64,000 nucleotides of DNA from an uncultured Gemmatimonadales bacterium (GCA_963716255.1 OY970303.1:2880001-2944000), one strand, 5' to 3'; shown: positions 1-8,917, counted from the first letter of the stretch. Notes: a model not told the origin generated them from the sequence alone. Numbers and translations are program-made.

Positions 1-344
1 TGGTGATCGCGCAGAACCCGGAGCTGATGGGTCTGGGGATCGACGAGGACACCGCGGTGGTGATCCACGGGCACCTGGGCGAGGTACGCGGGCGGGGCTC
101 GCTGACCTTCGTGGACGGCCGCGGGGTGCGCTTCGACAACGCGGACGAGTGCATGTCCGGCGCGCCGCTGACGCTCAGCTACCTGCGCGTGGGGATCGTG
201 GGCGCGGGCTACACCTTCAACCTGCGCGAGCGCGAGCTGGACCTGCTGGTGCAGGCGCGCGACAGCCGCGAGGAGATGGAGGTGGTGCGCGGCGAGGACG
301 CGGAGGTGGAGGAGGACGGGAGCGCCAAAGTGCGGAGTGCGTGA
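1..344 (+). CDS. Cyanophycinase / peptidase S51 family, C-terminal part (truncated by window start)
   Basis: GLGIDEDTAVVI...G.GS(L/V)TFVDG motif typical of the cyanophycinase C-terminus. Confidence 0.7.
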   Translation, partial: VIAQNPELMGLGIDEDTAVVIHGHLGEVRGRGSLTFVDGRGVRFDNADECMSGAPLTLSYLRVGIVGAGYTFNLRERELDLLVQARDSREEMEVVRGEDAEVEEDGSAKVRSA

Positions 345-511
345 GGGGACGGAAGTGTGGGAGTGCGGGAGTCGTGACGTTCGCGCGTGAGACGGCCGGG
401 ACGGTGCGGCGTCTGCTTCTCGAGTGACGGGCGGGCGGACTGGTTCGTCTGGTCCGGTGTTCCCGACCCGCAGGCCGCTCATCCGTCCCGCTCGCGCCGA
501 TGCCGACGACC

Positions 512-2113
512 ATGACACACACCCTCTTTGCGCCGTCCCGCGTAGCTTTCTCTACACTCGCCGTCCTCCTCGTGCTCGCCGCGTGCGAGGACGGCCCCAC
601 GTCCCCCGCCAACCGCGACCCGGCCGACCTGGCCGCGTCGGTGGTGCAGGGCGACGCCCAGGCCGGCACGGTGGGCCGCCCTCTCGCCGACTCCGTGGTG
701 GTGCGGGTCACCGACCGGGACGGGTCGCCGGTGCGCGGCCTGGAGCTGGATTGGCGGGTGCTGGCCGAGGGCGGCGAGGTGCTGCGGGGCACCACCACCA
801 CCGGCCGGGACGGCCGCTCCGCGAACGCGTGGGTCCTCGGCACCCGGGCCGGGGAGCAGCAGGTGGAGGTGCGGGCGCTGCTCAGCGGCGGGCCCGCGGC
901 GCTGGACACGGTGCGCGCATCCGCCGCCGCGGACGTTCCCGCCGAGCTGCGCCTGGCCGGCGACTCCGTGCGGGCGCTGGGCGTGGGGGACACCGTGCGG
1001 CTGTCGGTGCAGGACGTGGACCGCTTCGGCAACCCCGTCCCGGCCGCCGCGCTCCGCCCGCGCTGGACTTCGCTCCAGCCCTCCGTCGCCGTAGCCGACT
1101 CCACCGGGCTGGTGAGGGTGGTGGGAGCGGGCGAGGCGACCGTGGAGGCGAGCGTGGGGACGGCCCGGGCGCGGGCGTACGTCCGCGCACAGGAGGGGGT
1201 CGAGGAGTACCCGGTGGCGTGGGGCGGCCACTTCCCCCGCGTGCGACGCTTCTACGGCGGCGGCGGGCGGCTGCTCGCCGTGGGCTCCGAGACCTACCAC
1301 GCCACCACGTACAACCTGACCTACGGCTTCAGCGGCGCGGCGTGGTCGGTGACCGGAGGGACGGGGGCCGCCTTCGACGGCTACTTCTCGGACCTGTACG
1401 TCGCCCCCGATGGCACGGCGTACGCCACCGGCAGCGTGGGCACGCAGGTTTCCGCGCCGGGCGGCGCCTGGCGCGTGGACTCGCTCCTGACCGGCTGGCA
1501 GTTCGTCACGGGCGCCGGAAGCACCCTGTTCGGGTACCGGCGCCAGGGGTACCCCGTCCGCCACGCCGTGGAGCGGCTCTCCGGCGGAAAGCTCACCGAC
1601 CTGGCGGCGCCGGCGAGCCTGGAGAGTTCGCACGTCTACTCGCTCGTGGCCGCCGGGGAAAGCGAGCTGTACCTGTCCACCAGCACGCAAACGCTCCACT
1701 GGAACGGCAGCGGGTGGTCCGCGGTGGGGGCGGGGCGGTTCGGGATGCTGGCGGTTCCGTGGGGGGGCGGGACCGTGTACGGGGTGATGGGCTCCAACGC
1801 CCTGTACACCCTGCGGCAGGGGAGTGCCGAGCGCGTCGCGCACCCGCTGGAGGCCCGCGGCGACACCATCCGGTCGCTGGCGGTGGACCGCGACGGGAAC
1901 CCGTACCTCCTGTTCCGCGGGGGCATCGTCTACCGCACCCCCGCGGGGTGGCGGGAGCACCGCTTCACGCGCGAGTGGAGCTTCGTCAGCACCGTGTGGC
2001 CGGCCGACGACGGGAGCGTTTGGCTCAGCGCCTACGAGGACACCGGGGAGCTGACGTACTACGGGACCCGGTTCGATCTGGTCATGCTGCGCATCCGGGT
2101 CCGGGCGCAGTGA
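512..2113 (+). CDS. Secreted lipoprotein with Ig-like (Big) domains and a C-terminal beta-propeller-like region
   Basis: Lipobox LAAC; 'VVQGDAQAGTVG..L.DSVVVRVTDRDG.PV' and 'WTSLQPSVAVADSTGLV' Ig-like motifs; alternative start at 500. Confidence 0.7.
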   Translation: MTHTLFAPSRVAFSTLAVLLVLAACEDGPTSPANRDPADLAASVVQGDAQAGTVGRPLADSVVVRVTDRDGSPVRGLELDWRVLAEGGEVLRGTTTTGRDGRSANAWVLGTRAGEQQVEVRALLSGGPAALDTVRASAAADVPAELRLAGDSVRALGVGDTVRLSVQDVDRFGNPVPAAALRPRWTSLQPSVAVADSTGLVRVVGAGEATVEASVGTARARAYVRAQEGVEEYPVAWGGHFPRVRRFYGGGGRLLAVGSETYHATTYNLTYGFSGAAWSVTGGTGAAFDGYFSDLYVAPDGTAYATGSVGTQVSAPGGAWRVDSLLTGWQFVTGAGSTLFGYRRQGYPVRHAVERLSGGKLTDLAAPASLESSHVYSLVAAGESELYLSTSTQTLHWNGSGWSAVGAGRFGMLAVPWGGGTVYGVMGSNALYTLRQGSAERVAHPLEARGDTIRSLAVDRDGNPYLLFRGGIVYRTPAGWREHRFTREWSFVSTVWPADDGSVWLSAYEDTGELTYYGTRFDLVMLRIRVRAQ

Positions 2114-2160
2114 GGGCGGAAGGTCTCCTGACCGGCTCGAACGGCCTGAACGGCGGGTTC

Positions 2161-2295
2161 GGGCGTGCCCCCGGCTGGCGCCGGGCGTCCCGTGGGCTGC
2201 GGCTCCGTAGCAGACGAAACGACCGTCTGCAACGGAGTCGAGCCCCGACGATACGGCTGTCGGGTCTCGCCCCTCCGGGCCGGGATCTCTCACGC
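2161..2295 (+). repeat. Family-1 structured ~130-nt repeat, copy 1
   Basis: GGGCGTG...GGCTCCGT-stem/loop-ACGGAGTCGAGCCC...CTCACGC consensus shared with 10 other copies. Confidence 0.9.
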
Positions 2296-2336
2296 GGCTT
2301 GCGGCTCGCCTTCACGGCCGGCGGCGTTCATAGTAA

Positions 2337-2394
2337 TTGACTTATTAGGCGCGCACTTCTAGAATGCTTCCGGGGGGTGGAAGCTTCCACCCCC
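2337..2394 (+). promoter_or_regulatory. Sigma70-type promoter followed by a perfect 22-bp palindrome, upstream of the Cys-rich peptide genes
   Basis: TTGACT(2337)-17 bp-TAGAAT(2360); GGGGGTGGAAGCTTCCACCCCC at 2373-2394. Confidence 0.6.
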
Positions 2395-2420
2395 TTGCAC
2401 CGGAACATCCTGGAGGACCC

Positions 2421-2624
2421 ATGAGCCGCATGACCCGAGGCCGCATCCGCATCCTGCTCGCCGTCCCGAGCGCCGCCGCGCTCATGCTCGGCGCCACCGA
2501 GCTGCTCGCCTCCCCCGCGTACGCGTCCCGGGCGCCCGACTGCTCGACGTACTGCGAGGACCACGTGGACTACTGCGCGACGTACCCGAGCACCTGGTAC
2601 TGCGTATACTGCAGGTGCTTCTAG
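2421..2624 (+). CDS. Secreted Cys-rich peptide 1 (67 aa; C-x3-C-x6-C-x8-C-x2-C-x-C)
   Basis: GGAGG RBS; signal peptide MSRMTRGRIRILLAVPSAAALMLGATELLA; six cysteines; tandem paralog follows. Confidence 0.8.
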   Translation: MSRMTRGRIRILLAVPSAAALMLGATELLASPAYASRAPDCSTYCEDHVDYCATYPSTWYCVYCRCF

Positions 2625-2696
2625 CCCAGGCGCAGTCGCCGTCCGTACGCTCCCGACCGCCACACCCGTGCACCGGAACATCTGCTGGAGCAACCC

Positions 2697-2906
2697 ATGA
2701 GCCGCAAGACCCGAGGCCGGATCCGCATGCTGTTCGCCGTCCCTAGCGCCGCCGTGCTGATGCTGGGCGCCACGCAGGCGCTCGCCTTTCCCGCGGCTCC
2801 GACCAGGCTCCCCGAATGCATCCAGTTCTGCGCGGAGAACGAGGGCTACTGCACCATCAACCCGGGTGATGCCGTGTGCCGCGCCTGCGGCTGCTTCTAC
2901 GGCTGA
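2697..2906 (+). CDS. Secreted Cys-rich peptide 2 (69 aa; same Cys spacing as peptide 1)
   Basis: GGAG RBS; near-identical signal peptide; divergent mature region with identical cysteine spacing. Confidence 0.8.
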   Translation: MSRKTRGRIRMLFAVPSAAVLMLGATQALAFPAAPTRLPECIQFCAENEGYCTINPGDAVCRACGCFYG

Positions 2907-2977
2907 CACAGTTCGCGTTCCACCGGTACTGCTGGTGCGACGTCGCCCGGCCGTAGCCGGCTCGGACCGAACCACCG

Positions 2978-3011
2978 CGAGCCCCCTCCCGCACGCCGGG
3001 AGGGGGCTCGC
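2978..3011 (+). terminator. GC-rich hairpin after the peptide genes (putative terminator)
   Basis: CGAGCCCCCTCCCG-loop-CGGGAGGGGGCTCG inverted repeat; no strong U-tract. Confidence 0.45.
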
Positions 3012-3069
3012 TCGTTCGCGGCGACCCCGCGACCCCGGAGCGAGTCTTGCGGACGCCAGCGCCAAGCCC

Positions 3070-3197
3070 GCGTGAGGGATGCGAGCGCGAAGCGGCGAGA
3101 CCCGGCGGCCGTTTGCCGGGGCTCGCCTCCGTTACGCAGCGTCGTTTGCTGCGTTACGGAGCCGCAGCCCGACCCCGGCGCAGCCGGGGGCACGCCC
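3070..3197 (-). repeat. Family-1 structured repeat, copy 2
   Basis: Reverse-complement match to the consensus. Confidence 0.9.
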
Positions 3198-3271
3198 GAA
3201 CCCGCACTCCAGAGCCGTTCAAACACCCGGTCATGAGCCGACTCCGCGCCGCCGCACGCCCCGCGCGCTCC

Positions 3272-4837
3272 ATGAAGAAGGAGCCGCAGCCGGAGCCCGC
3301 GGCCACGTTCCCGCTCCGTGTCGCCTCGGTGGACGTGGGCTCCAACGCCATCCGCTTCGTGGCGGCGGAGTTCACGGGCCCGCTGGAGCGCACGGTGCTG
3401 GACGAGGAGCGCCGCGGCGTGCGCCTGGGGCACGACGTGTTCCTCACCGGCAGGCTGGCGGCCGAGCCCATGGAGGCGGCCGTGGCCGGGCTCGCCGACT
3501 TCCGCCGGCGCATGGAGGCGCTGGGGATCGAGCACTACCGCGCCACCGCCACCAGCGCCGTGCGGGAGAGCCGCAACGGCCCGGAGTTCGTCCGCCGCGT
3601 GCGCGACGAGGCCGGGCTGGAGCTGGAGATCATCACCGGCTACGAGGAGGCGCGGCTCGTGTACCAGGCCATCCGCAGCCGGGTGGAGCTGGGGCGCGAC
3701 CGCTGGATCTCCGTGGACCTGGGCGGCGGCAGCGTGGAGGTGTCGCTGGTGGACGCGGACGGGATCCTGTGGAGCGAGACGCACACCATGGGCTCCGTGC
3801 GGCTGCTGGAGGTCCTGTCCGGCTCCGGCGACGACCCGGGCCGCTTCCAGCGGCTGCTGCGCGAGTACGCCGCCACCCTCCAGATCCCCACCGCCGCGCA
3901 GCACCTGCGCCCCGCGGGGGTCATCGCCACCGGCGGGAACATCGAGGCGCTGGCGAAGCTGGGCGGCCGGGCGCCGCGGGGGGGGCGCGCCGGCTCCATC
4001 GGCATGGGCGAGCTGCGCGACACCATCCAGATGCTCGCGCGCCTGTCGTACCGGCAGAGGATGGAGCAGCTCAAGCTGCGCGCAGACCGCGCAGACGTCA
4101 TCCTCCCCGCCGCCATGGTCTACGAGCGGGTGGCGAACCTGGCCGGGGTGGACGAGATCCAGGTTCCCGGCGTCGGGGTGCGCGACGGGCTGCTCCTGGA
4201 CCTGGTGGAGGACCTGACCACCCACCAGGAGTGGGAGGACCGGCGGGAGCGCAGCGTGGTGGAGGGCGCCGTCGCCCTGGGACGGCGCTACCTGTTCGAC
4301 GAGGCGCACGCCATGCACGTGGCCCGGCTGGCGGGGTCGCTCTTCGACCAGCTGCGCGAGGCGCACGGGCTGGACGCCGCGGACCGGCGGGTGCTGCTCG
4401 CCGCCTCCGTGCTGCACGACGTGGGCGCCTACATCAGCCGCAAGCGCCACCACAAGCACTCGCTGTACCTGATCTCCCAGTCCGAGCTCCCCGGCTTTGC
4501 CCCGGGGGAGATCTGGCTGGTCGCAAACGTGGCGCGCTACCACCGCAAGGGCGAGCCCACCACCGACCACGACTCGTTCGCGCGGCTCGCCCCGGCGGAG
4601 CGGGAGCGGGTGGTGAAGATGTCCGCCCTGCTGCGCGTGGCCGACGCGCTGGACCGCGAGCACCTTCAGGCGGTGGAGTCGTTGCGGGCGCGGGTGCGCA
4701 AAGGAGAGCTGGTGCTGGAGGCGGAGTCGTCCGGCGACCTGCTGCTGGAGCGCTGGGCGCTGCGGGAAAAGGCGGGGCTGTTCGCGAAGACCTTCGGGGT
4801 GGCGGTGCGGCTGGTCGGGGGGTCCGCGGACGGCTGA
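3272..4837 (+). CDS. ppx: Ppx/GppA exopolyphosphatase with C-terminal HD domain
   Basis: ASVDVGSNAIR, ATSAVRES.NG, ITGYEEARL, VDLGGGSVE, LHDVG, ARYHRK motifs; alternative start at 3233. Confidence 0.9.
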   Translation: MKKEPQPEPAATFPLRVASVDVGSNAIRFVAAEFTGPLERTVLDEERRGVRLGHDVFLTGRLAAEPMEAAVAGLADFRRRMEALGIEHYRATATSAVRESRNGPEFVRRVRDEAGLELEIITGYEEARLVYQAIRSRVELGRDRWISVDLGGGSVEVSLVDADGILWSETHTMGSVRLLEVLSGSGDDPGRFQRLLREYAATLQIPTAAQHLRPAGVIATGGNIEALAKLGGRAPRGGRAGSIGMGELRDTIQMLARLSYRQRMEQLKLRADRADVILPAAMVYERVANLAGVDEIQVPGVGVRDGLLLDLVEDLTTHQEWEDRRERSVVEGAVALGRRYLFDEAHAMHVARLAGSLFDQLREAHGLDAADRRVLLAASVLHDVGAYISRKRHHKHSLYLISQSELPGFAPGEIWLVANVARYHRKGEPTTDHDSFARLAPAERERVVKMSALLRVADALDREHLQAVESLRARVRKGELVLEAESSGDLLLERWALREKAGLFAKTFGVAVRLVGGSADG

Positions 4838-4858
4838 ATGGCTTTGGACGGCAGGGTT

Positions 4859-4988
4859 GGGCGTGCCCCCGGCTGGCGCCGGGGTCGGGCTTCGGCTCCG
4901 TAAGCCCGCAAACAACGCGGGCTAACGGAGTCGAGCCCCGACGATACTGCTGTCGGGTCTCGCCCCTTCGGGCCGAAATCCCTCACGC
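4859..4988 (+). repeat. Family-1 structured repeat, copy 3
   Basis: Consensus match. Confidence 0.9.
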
Positions 4989-5071
4989 GGGGCTCACGCT
5001 GGCGTCCGCTGCGGTGGGCCGTCTCACCCCCTGGCACTTCAACGACACGTCGGCAATCGAGGGTCAGGAAG

Positions 5072-5135
5072 CCCTCCCCCAGAATTGGGGGATGTAGGGG
5101 GCAAGCCGTGCGGCTCTAAGGCCGCCGGGTGGGGG
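5072..5135. repeat. Family-3 REP-like palindromic repeat overlapping the methyltransferase stop codon
   Basis: AGGGGGCAAGCCGTGCGGCTCT(A/C)AGGCCGCCGGGTGGGGG shared with 52771-52834. Confidence 0.75.
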
Positions 5136-5799
5136 CCGCCAGCACCAGGATCAGCGACAGCGGCCGCCCCGTCTCCGGGTGCAGCGGCTCCTCTGTCTCC
5201 ACCACTTCCAGGCCGGCCTCGCGCGCCTCGGCCAGCCACGAGCCCACCGTGCGGAAGTACCAGGGCATCGCCGCGGGAAAGGGGCGCGCAAAGGCGGCGA
5301 AGTCCTCCGTGCGCCAGCCGTCCCGGTACGGCGCGTCGCCGCAGGCGGTGAAGGGGTGCACCGTCTGCACCAGCAGCCGCCCGTCCGGCGCGAGCACGGC
5401 CGCCAGCGCGCGCAGCAGCGGCGCGACGCGGTCGCCCAGCAGCGCGAAGTTGCAGACCACGGCGTCGAACGGCCCGCCGAGGCGGCCCGGGTCGGCCTCG
5501 ATCTCGTCGTAGCGGAGCACGAGGAACGTGCCGCCGCCGGCCTCGCGGGCGCGCCGCACCAGCTCCGCGCTCCCGTCCACCCCCACCACCTCCCGGCCGC
5601 GGCCGGCGAGCGCGCGCGCCAGCCAACCCTCGCCGCACCCCACGTCCAGCACCCGCCGCCCCGGCACCCTCGCCACCGCCTCCACGATGGCGCCGTCCGT
5701 CCCCGCCCGGCGCGAGGGGATGCCGCCCGCGCGCACCGTCTCCGACCACGCGGCGGCGTTGCGGTCCCAGCTGGCCCGGAGCGCCTCCTCCTCGCTCAT
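5116..5799 (-). CDS. Class I SAM-dependent methyltransferase
   Basis: RVLDVGCGEG motif I, VGVDGS, FDAVVCNFAL; start overlaps the nitroreductase stop. Confidence 0.9.
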   Translation of the reverse strand: MSEEEALRASWDRNAAAWSETVRAGGIPSRRAGTDGAIVEAVARVPGRRVLDVGCGEGWLARALAGRGREVVGVDGSAELVRRAREAGGGTFLVLRYDEIEADPGRLGGPFDAVVCNFALLGDRVAPLLRALAAVLAPDGRLLVQTVHPFTACGDAPYRDGWRTEDFAAFARPFPAAMPWYFRTVGSWLAEAREAGLEVVETEEPLHPETGRPLSLILVLAAPTRRP

Positions 5800-6428
5800 C
5801 CCACCGGCTCCTCGCCAAGCGCGCCGAAGAAGGCCGTCTCCGCCAGCGGCCGCCGCGTCCGCGGGCGCGCCTCCCGTTCCAGCAGCATCGCGTCGTCCAG
5901 CGCGGGATCGTGCCGCCCCACCGCGATCACCGCCATGGGGCGGAACTCCGGCGGCACGTCCAGCGCGGCGCGCAGCGCGTCCGCGTCCCAGCCGGCCATG
6001 GGGTGCGCCGCCAGCCCCAGGTGCGTCGCCTGCACCAGCAGCAGCCCGGTGGCGATCCCCGTGTCGTGCTCCGCCCAGGCGTTCGCCTCGGCGCCTCCCC
6101 CCTTCTTCTCCCGCGTGGTCTTCGCCAGCGACACCAGCAGCACGGACGCGCGCTTCGCCCAGGCGTTCCCCGGCCGCAGTGCCGCCTCCAGCCCCGCGCG
6201 CCGTGGGTGGCCGCGGGGCACCACCAGGAAGCGCCAGGGCTGCTCGTTCCCCGCCGAGGGCGCCCAGCGCGCCGCCTCCAGGAGGGCGGCCAGCTCCTCC
6301 CGCGCGACCTCGTACCCCGCGTCGAAGCGCGACGGGCTCCACCGCGCCGCGATGGCCGGGTGCACCGGCACCGAGGTGTCCGCCAAGCGCGCGGGGTAGC
6401 CGCGCGCGTCCAATTCCGTGCTCGCCAT
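5796..6428 (-). CDS. Nitroreductase family protein
   Basis: ARWSPSRF, EAARWAPSAGNEQPWRF, HPMAGWD motifs. Confidence 0.9.
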   Translation of the reverse strand: MASTELDARGYPARLADTSVPVHPAIAARWSPSRFDAGYEVAREELAALLEAARWAPSAGNEQPWRFLVVPRGHPRRAGLEAALRPGNAWAKRASVLLVSLAKTTREKKGGGAEANAWAEHDTGIATGLLLVQATHLGLAAHPMAGWDADALRAALDVPPEFRPMAVIAVGRHDPALDDAMLLEREARPRTRRPLAETAFFGALGEEPVG

Positions 6429-6535
6429 CACCTTCTCCCTGTGTGGTTCCGGGAAAGCCGCGTGCTCCGGACCGACGAGCGCGCCGCCGGTCCGTGGACC
6501 GGCGGCGCGCTGTCGTCGCCCTCGCGAGGCCGCGG

Positions 6536-7060
6536 CTACGGCTTGCGCTTCTTGCCGCCCTTGGGGGCCCAGGACGGGGGCCCGCCGCCGGGGCCCTTGC
6601 GGGGGCGCGGCGCGTCGTCGTCGCGCTTGCGGGGGCGGTCGTCGCCGCCCGCCTGGCGCTTGCGCGGGCGATCCTCCCCGTCGTCGCGGCCGCGCGGGCG
6701 GGCGTCCGCGCGGGGCCGGCGGGGCGCGCCTTCCTCGCGGTCGCCGCCGCCGGGGCGCTCCCGGCGCGGGCCGCCCTCCCGCCGGGGGCCGCCGCCGGCA
6801 TAGCCGCCCGGGCGGGGCCGGGACGGACGGTCGCCGTCGGGGCGCTCCATCCCGCCGGCCAGGCGCTGCAGGCGCCGGGCCTGCTGCATCAGCGCGCGCG
6901 CCTGGTCCTCCAGCTCGTCGGCCAGCTCCAGCAGCTCGTCCGCGCGCGCGGCCGGGGGCGGTGGGAAGCCGCGCGGCTCGTCGGAATCGTCGCGCGGACG
7001 CGGAGGCCTGCGGTCGGAGGGACCGCGCCCGGGGGGGCCGCGGCGAGAAGGCTCTTTCAT
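6536..7060 (-). CDS. Hypothetical basic, disordered R/G/P/D-rich protein with a short central helical segment
   Basis: AGGA RBS then MKEPSRRG...; central ADELLELADELEDQARALMQQARRL helix; ends KGGKKRKP. Confidence 0.6.
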   Translation of the reverse strand: MKEPSRRGPPGRGPSDRRPPRPRDDSDEPRGFPPPPAARADELLELADELEDQARALMQQARRLQRLAGGMERPDGDRPSRPRPGGYAGGGPRREGGPRRERPGGGDREEGAPRRPRADARPRGRDDGEDRPRKRQAGGDDRPRKRDDDAPRPRKGPGGGPPSWAPKGGKKRKP

Positions 7061-7283
7061 CGTGTTTCCTTGCCGGTCGTCGTGAGCGGATGCGTCGTGC
7101 GCATCCGGGGGTGCTGCACGTTGCGCACCGCTGCGGGACTTCTGCCCTTTGATCGCGGAGCGCGCCTTCAGGCGGTCGCGGACCTCGCCCCAGGTGGGGG
7201 TGGAGGCCGGTCCCGCCTCGAATTCATCGAGGCGGCTCTCCAGCTCGCGGAACCGCTTGCCGCCGCGGGGGGGTGTCATGACG

Positions 7284-7511
7284 TCACGCGGCGAACTCGA
7301 ACACGGGGGTTGCCACCACCCGGTCCGGGGCCCGCTCGCTCCACATGATCTCCTGGAGCCGCTCGACGGTGGACGGCGAGAAGTAGCGCTCTCCGGTCTC
7401 CTCGTCAACACGCGCCGGTACGTTTTCCACGATGATGACGCGTCCTTCGATCTCCACCGTGTACGTGACCAGCCGCTCCACCAGCCGTTCTTCGTGCTCC
7501 GGATTCGTCAT
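7284..7511 (-). CDS. YgiT/MqsA-type zinc-finger-like antitoxin lacking cysteines
   Basis: 'VIIVENVPARVDEETGERYFS' matches the YgiT pattern (normally VPA.VC..CGE.Y); lies downstream of a DUF4258-like gene. Confidence 0.75.
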   Translation of the reverse strand: MTNPEHEERLVERLVTYTVEIEGRVIIVENVPARVDEETGERYFSPSTVERLQEIMWSERAPDRVVATPVFEFAA

Positions 7512-7514
7512 CCT

Positions 7515-7823
7515 TCACCTCCTGCGCTGGCGATGGTCCGTCCAGAGTTCGGGATCGGGCTCATACAAGGTAATGATCTTGAGCACCGGACGGGACGGAT
7601 AGCTGCACTGGAAATGGAGAGGGCGTCCTCCGTCCGTCATGCCGAGCACAAGACCGCTGGGGCCGTACTTGTCGTCCGGGTAGTCTTCGATCACTTCGCC
7701 CAGGCCCAGAGCCTCGCGGATCTCCCGCACCGTGATTCTGCGCACGCCGGCCTGTTTCACCGCGTGCTCCGAAAGCTCGAACCGGTCCTCAGCGACCTTC
7801 CTGCGGATCTGCTCGATCAGCAT
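7515..7823 (-). CDS. DUF4258-family protein (putative toxin)
   Basis: 'ELSEHA...GEVIEDYPDDKYGPS.LVLG...RPLH...IITLYEPDPELW' signature. Confidence 0.8.
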   Translation of the reverse strand: MLIEQIRRKVAEDRFELSEHAVKQAGVRRITVREIREALGLGEVIEDYPDDKYGPSGLVLGMTDGGRPLHFQCSYPSRPVLKIITLYEPDPELWTDHRQRRR

Positions 7824-8917
7824 CTCCCCCCTGTGGAGCCCGTGGAAGCCGTGCACGCCGCGAACACCTCGCGCAGGTCGGCGCGCTCCAGCACCGAGGG
7901 CGCGGGCTCGCCGCCGGCGTCCGGCCAGCGGACCAGGCGGATCTCCCCGCCGGCGATCTCGATGCCGGTGATGTGCCCGTCCACGAAGCAGCAGCACCCC
8001 GTGTTGAAGTAGTACGGGCCGGCCATGGGCACCACCCGCTCCGCCGAGGCCTGGTTCTCCTCCGCGCGGACCCACTCCAGCTCCGCCCGCAGCCGCCGCA
8101 CCCGCTCCGCCGCCTCCGCGTCCCCGCCAGCCGCCGCGGCGCGCGCCGTCTCCAGCTCCGCCTGCACCCCGGCGGATCGGGGGCGCGAGCGGAAGATGGG
8201 GGCGTGCGTGTGTCCCGCCACCAGCACCGTGCCGGGGTGCTCCTCGGCCCAGGAGTACAGCGCCACGTCCTGCCGCTTGCGCAGGCGGAAGTCGCGGGCC
8301 GGCGTGTTCAGCGAGCGCCCCGTCACGCGCTGCACCGTGGTCCACACGTAGCGCACCGGGAGCCGGGCGACGCGCGACCAGCGGTCGCTCCAGCGCATCC
8401 CCTGGTGCCCGTGCGCCAGGAAGAGCGTCCCCAGCTCCCGCCCGCCGTCCGTCACCCGCAGCCGGATCGTCTCCTCCACCCGGATCCCGGGGAAGATGGG
8501 GTCCAGGAGGGTGCGCACGGCCAGCTCCGTGCCCCACAGGTCGTCGTGGTTCCCCCAGACGCGCCGGTAGCGGCCCGCGCGGTGGAACTCCGCCTCCAGC
8601 TCCAGGGTGTGGCGGTACGCCTGGAAGATGGCGTGCGGCGTCGCCTCCCACAGCTCCTCCGCGTCGCCCAGCACCACCAGCGTGTGCCCCGCCTCCAGGT
8701 AGTAGCCCAGCGCCGCGTCGTACGCCGCCTCGCAGCGGCGGAAGTCGTCGGCCCCGTCGCGCACGCCCTTGTGCTGGTCGGAAAGGATCACGATGCGCGC
8801 CTCCGCCAGGTCGACGGTCTGCTCGTGCTCCCCCGCGCGCTCGTACGCCGCGTCCAGCGCGCGCCCCACCTGGCGCAGGTACGCCTCCGTCTTCCTCCTG
8901 CCGTCGCTTCGGGCCAT
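7817..8917 (-). CDS. Calcineurin-like metallophosphoesterase
   Basis: SDQH, LGDAEE, GNHD, HGH, GHTH, NTG motifs. Confidence 0.85.
   Translation of the reverse strand: MARSDGRRKTEAYLRQVGRALDAAYERAGEHEQTVDLAEARIVILSDQHKGVRDGADDFRRCEAAYDAALGYYLEAGHTLVVLGDAEELWEATPHAIFQAYRHTLELEAEFHRAGRYRRVWGNHDDLWGTELAVRTLLDPIFPGIRVEETIRLRVTDGGRELGTLFLAHGHQGMRWSDRWSRVARLPVRYVWTTVQRVTGRSLNTPARDFRLRKRQDVALYSWAEEHPGTVLVAGHTHAPIFRSRPRSAGVQAELETARAAAAGGDAEAAERVRRLRAELEWVRAEENQASAERVVPMAGPYYFNTGCCCFVDGHITGIEIAGGEIRLVRWPDAGGEPAPSVLERADLREVFAACTASTGSTGGRC

Noticed and set aside
2421..2906. Cys-rich peptides as RiPP (ranthipeptide/lanthipeptide) precursors
   Set aside because: No radical SAM, LanM/LanBC or peptidase-transporter gene nearby, and the leader is a hydrophobic Sec-type signal, so disulfide-bonded secreted peptides are more parsimonious. 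Modification in trans is not excluded.
3047..3271. Repeat-derived peptides (e.g. REGFRPEGARP, YGAEARPRRQPG, GVEPRR) recurring in many ORF translations as a protein domain
   Set aside because: They are translations of the family-1 DNA repeat in arbitrary frames; conservation follows base pairing, not codons.
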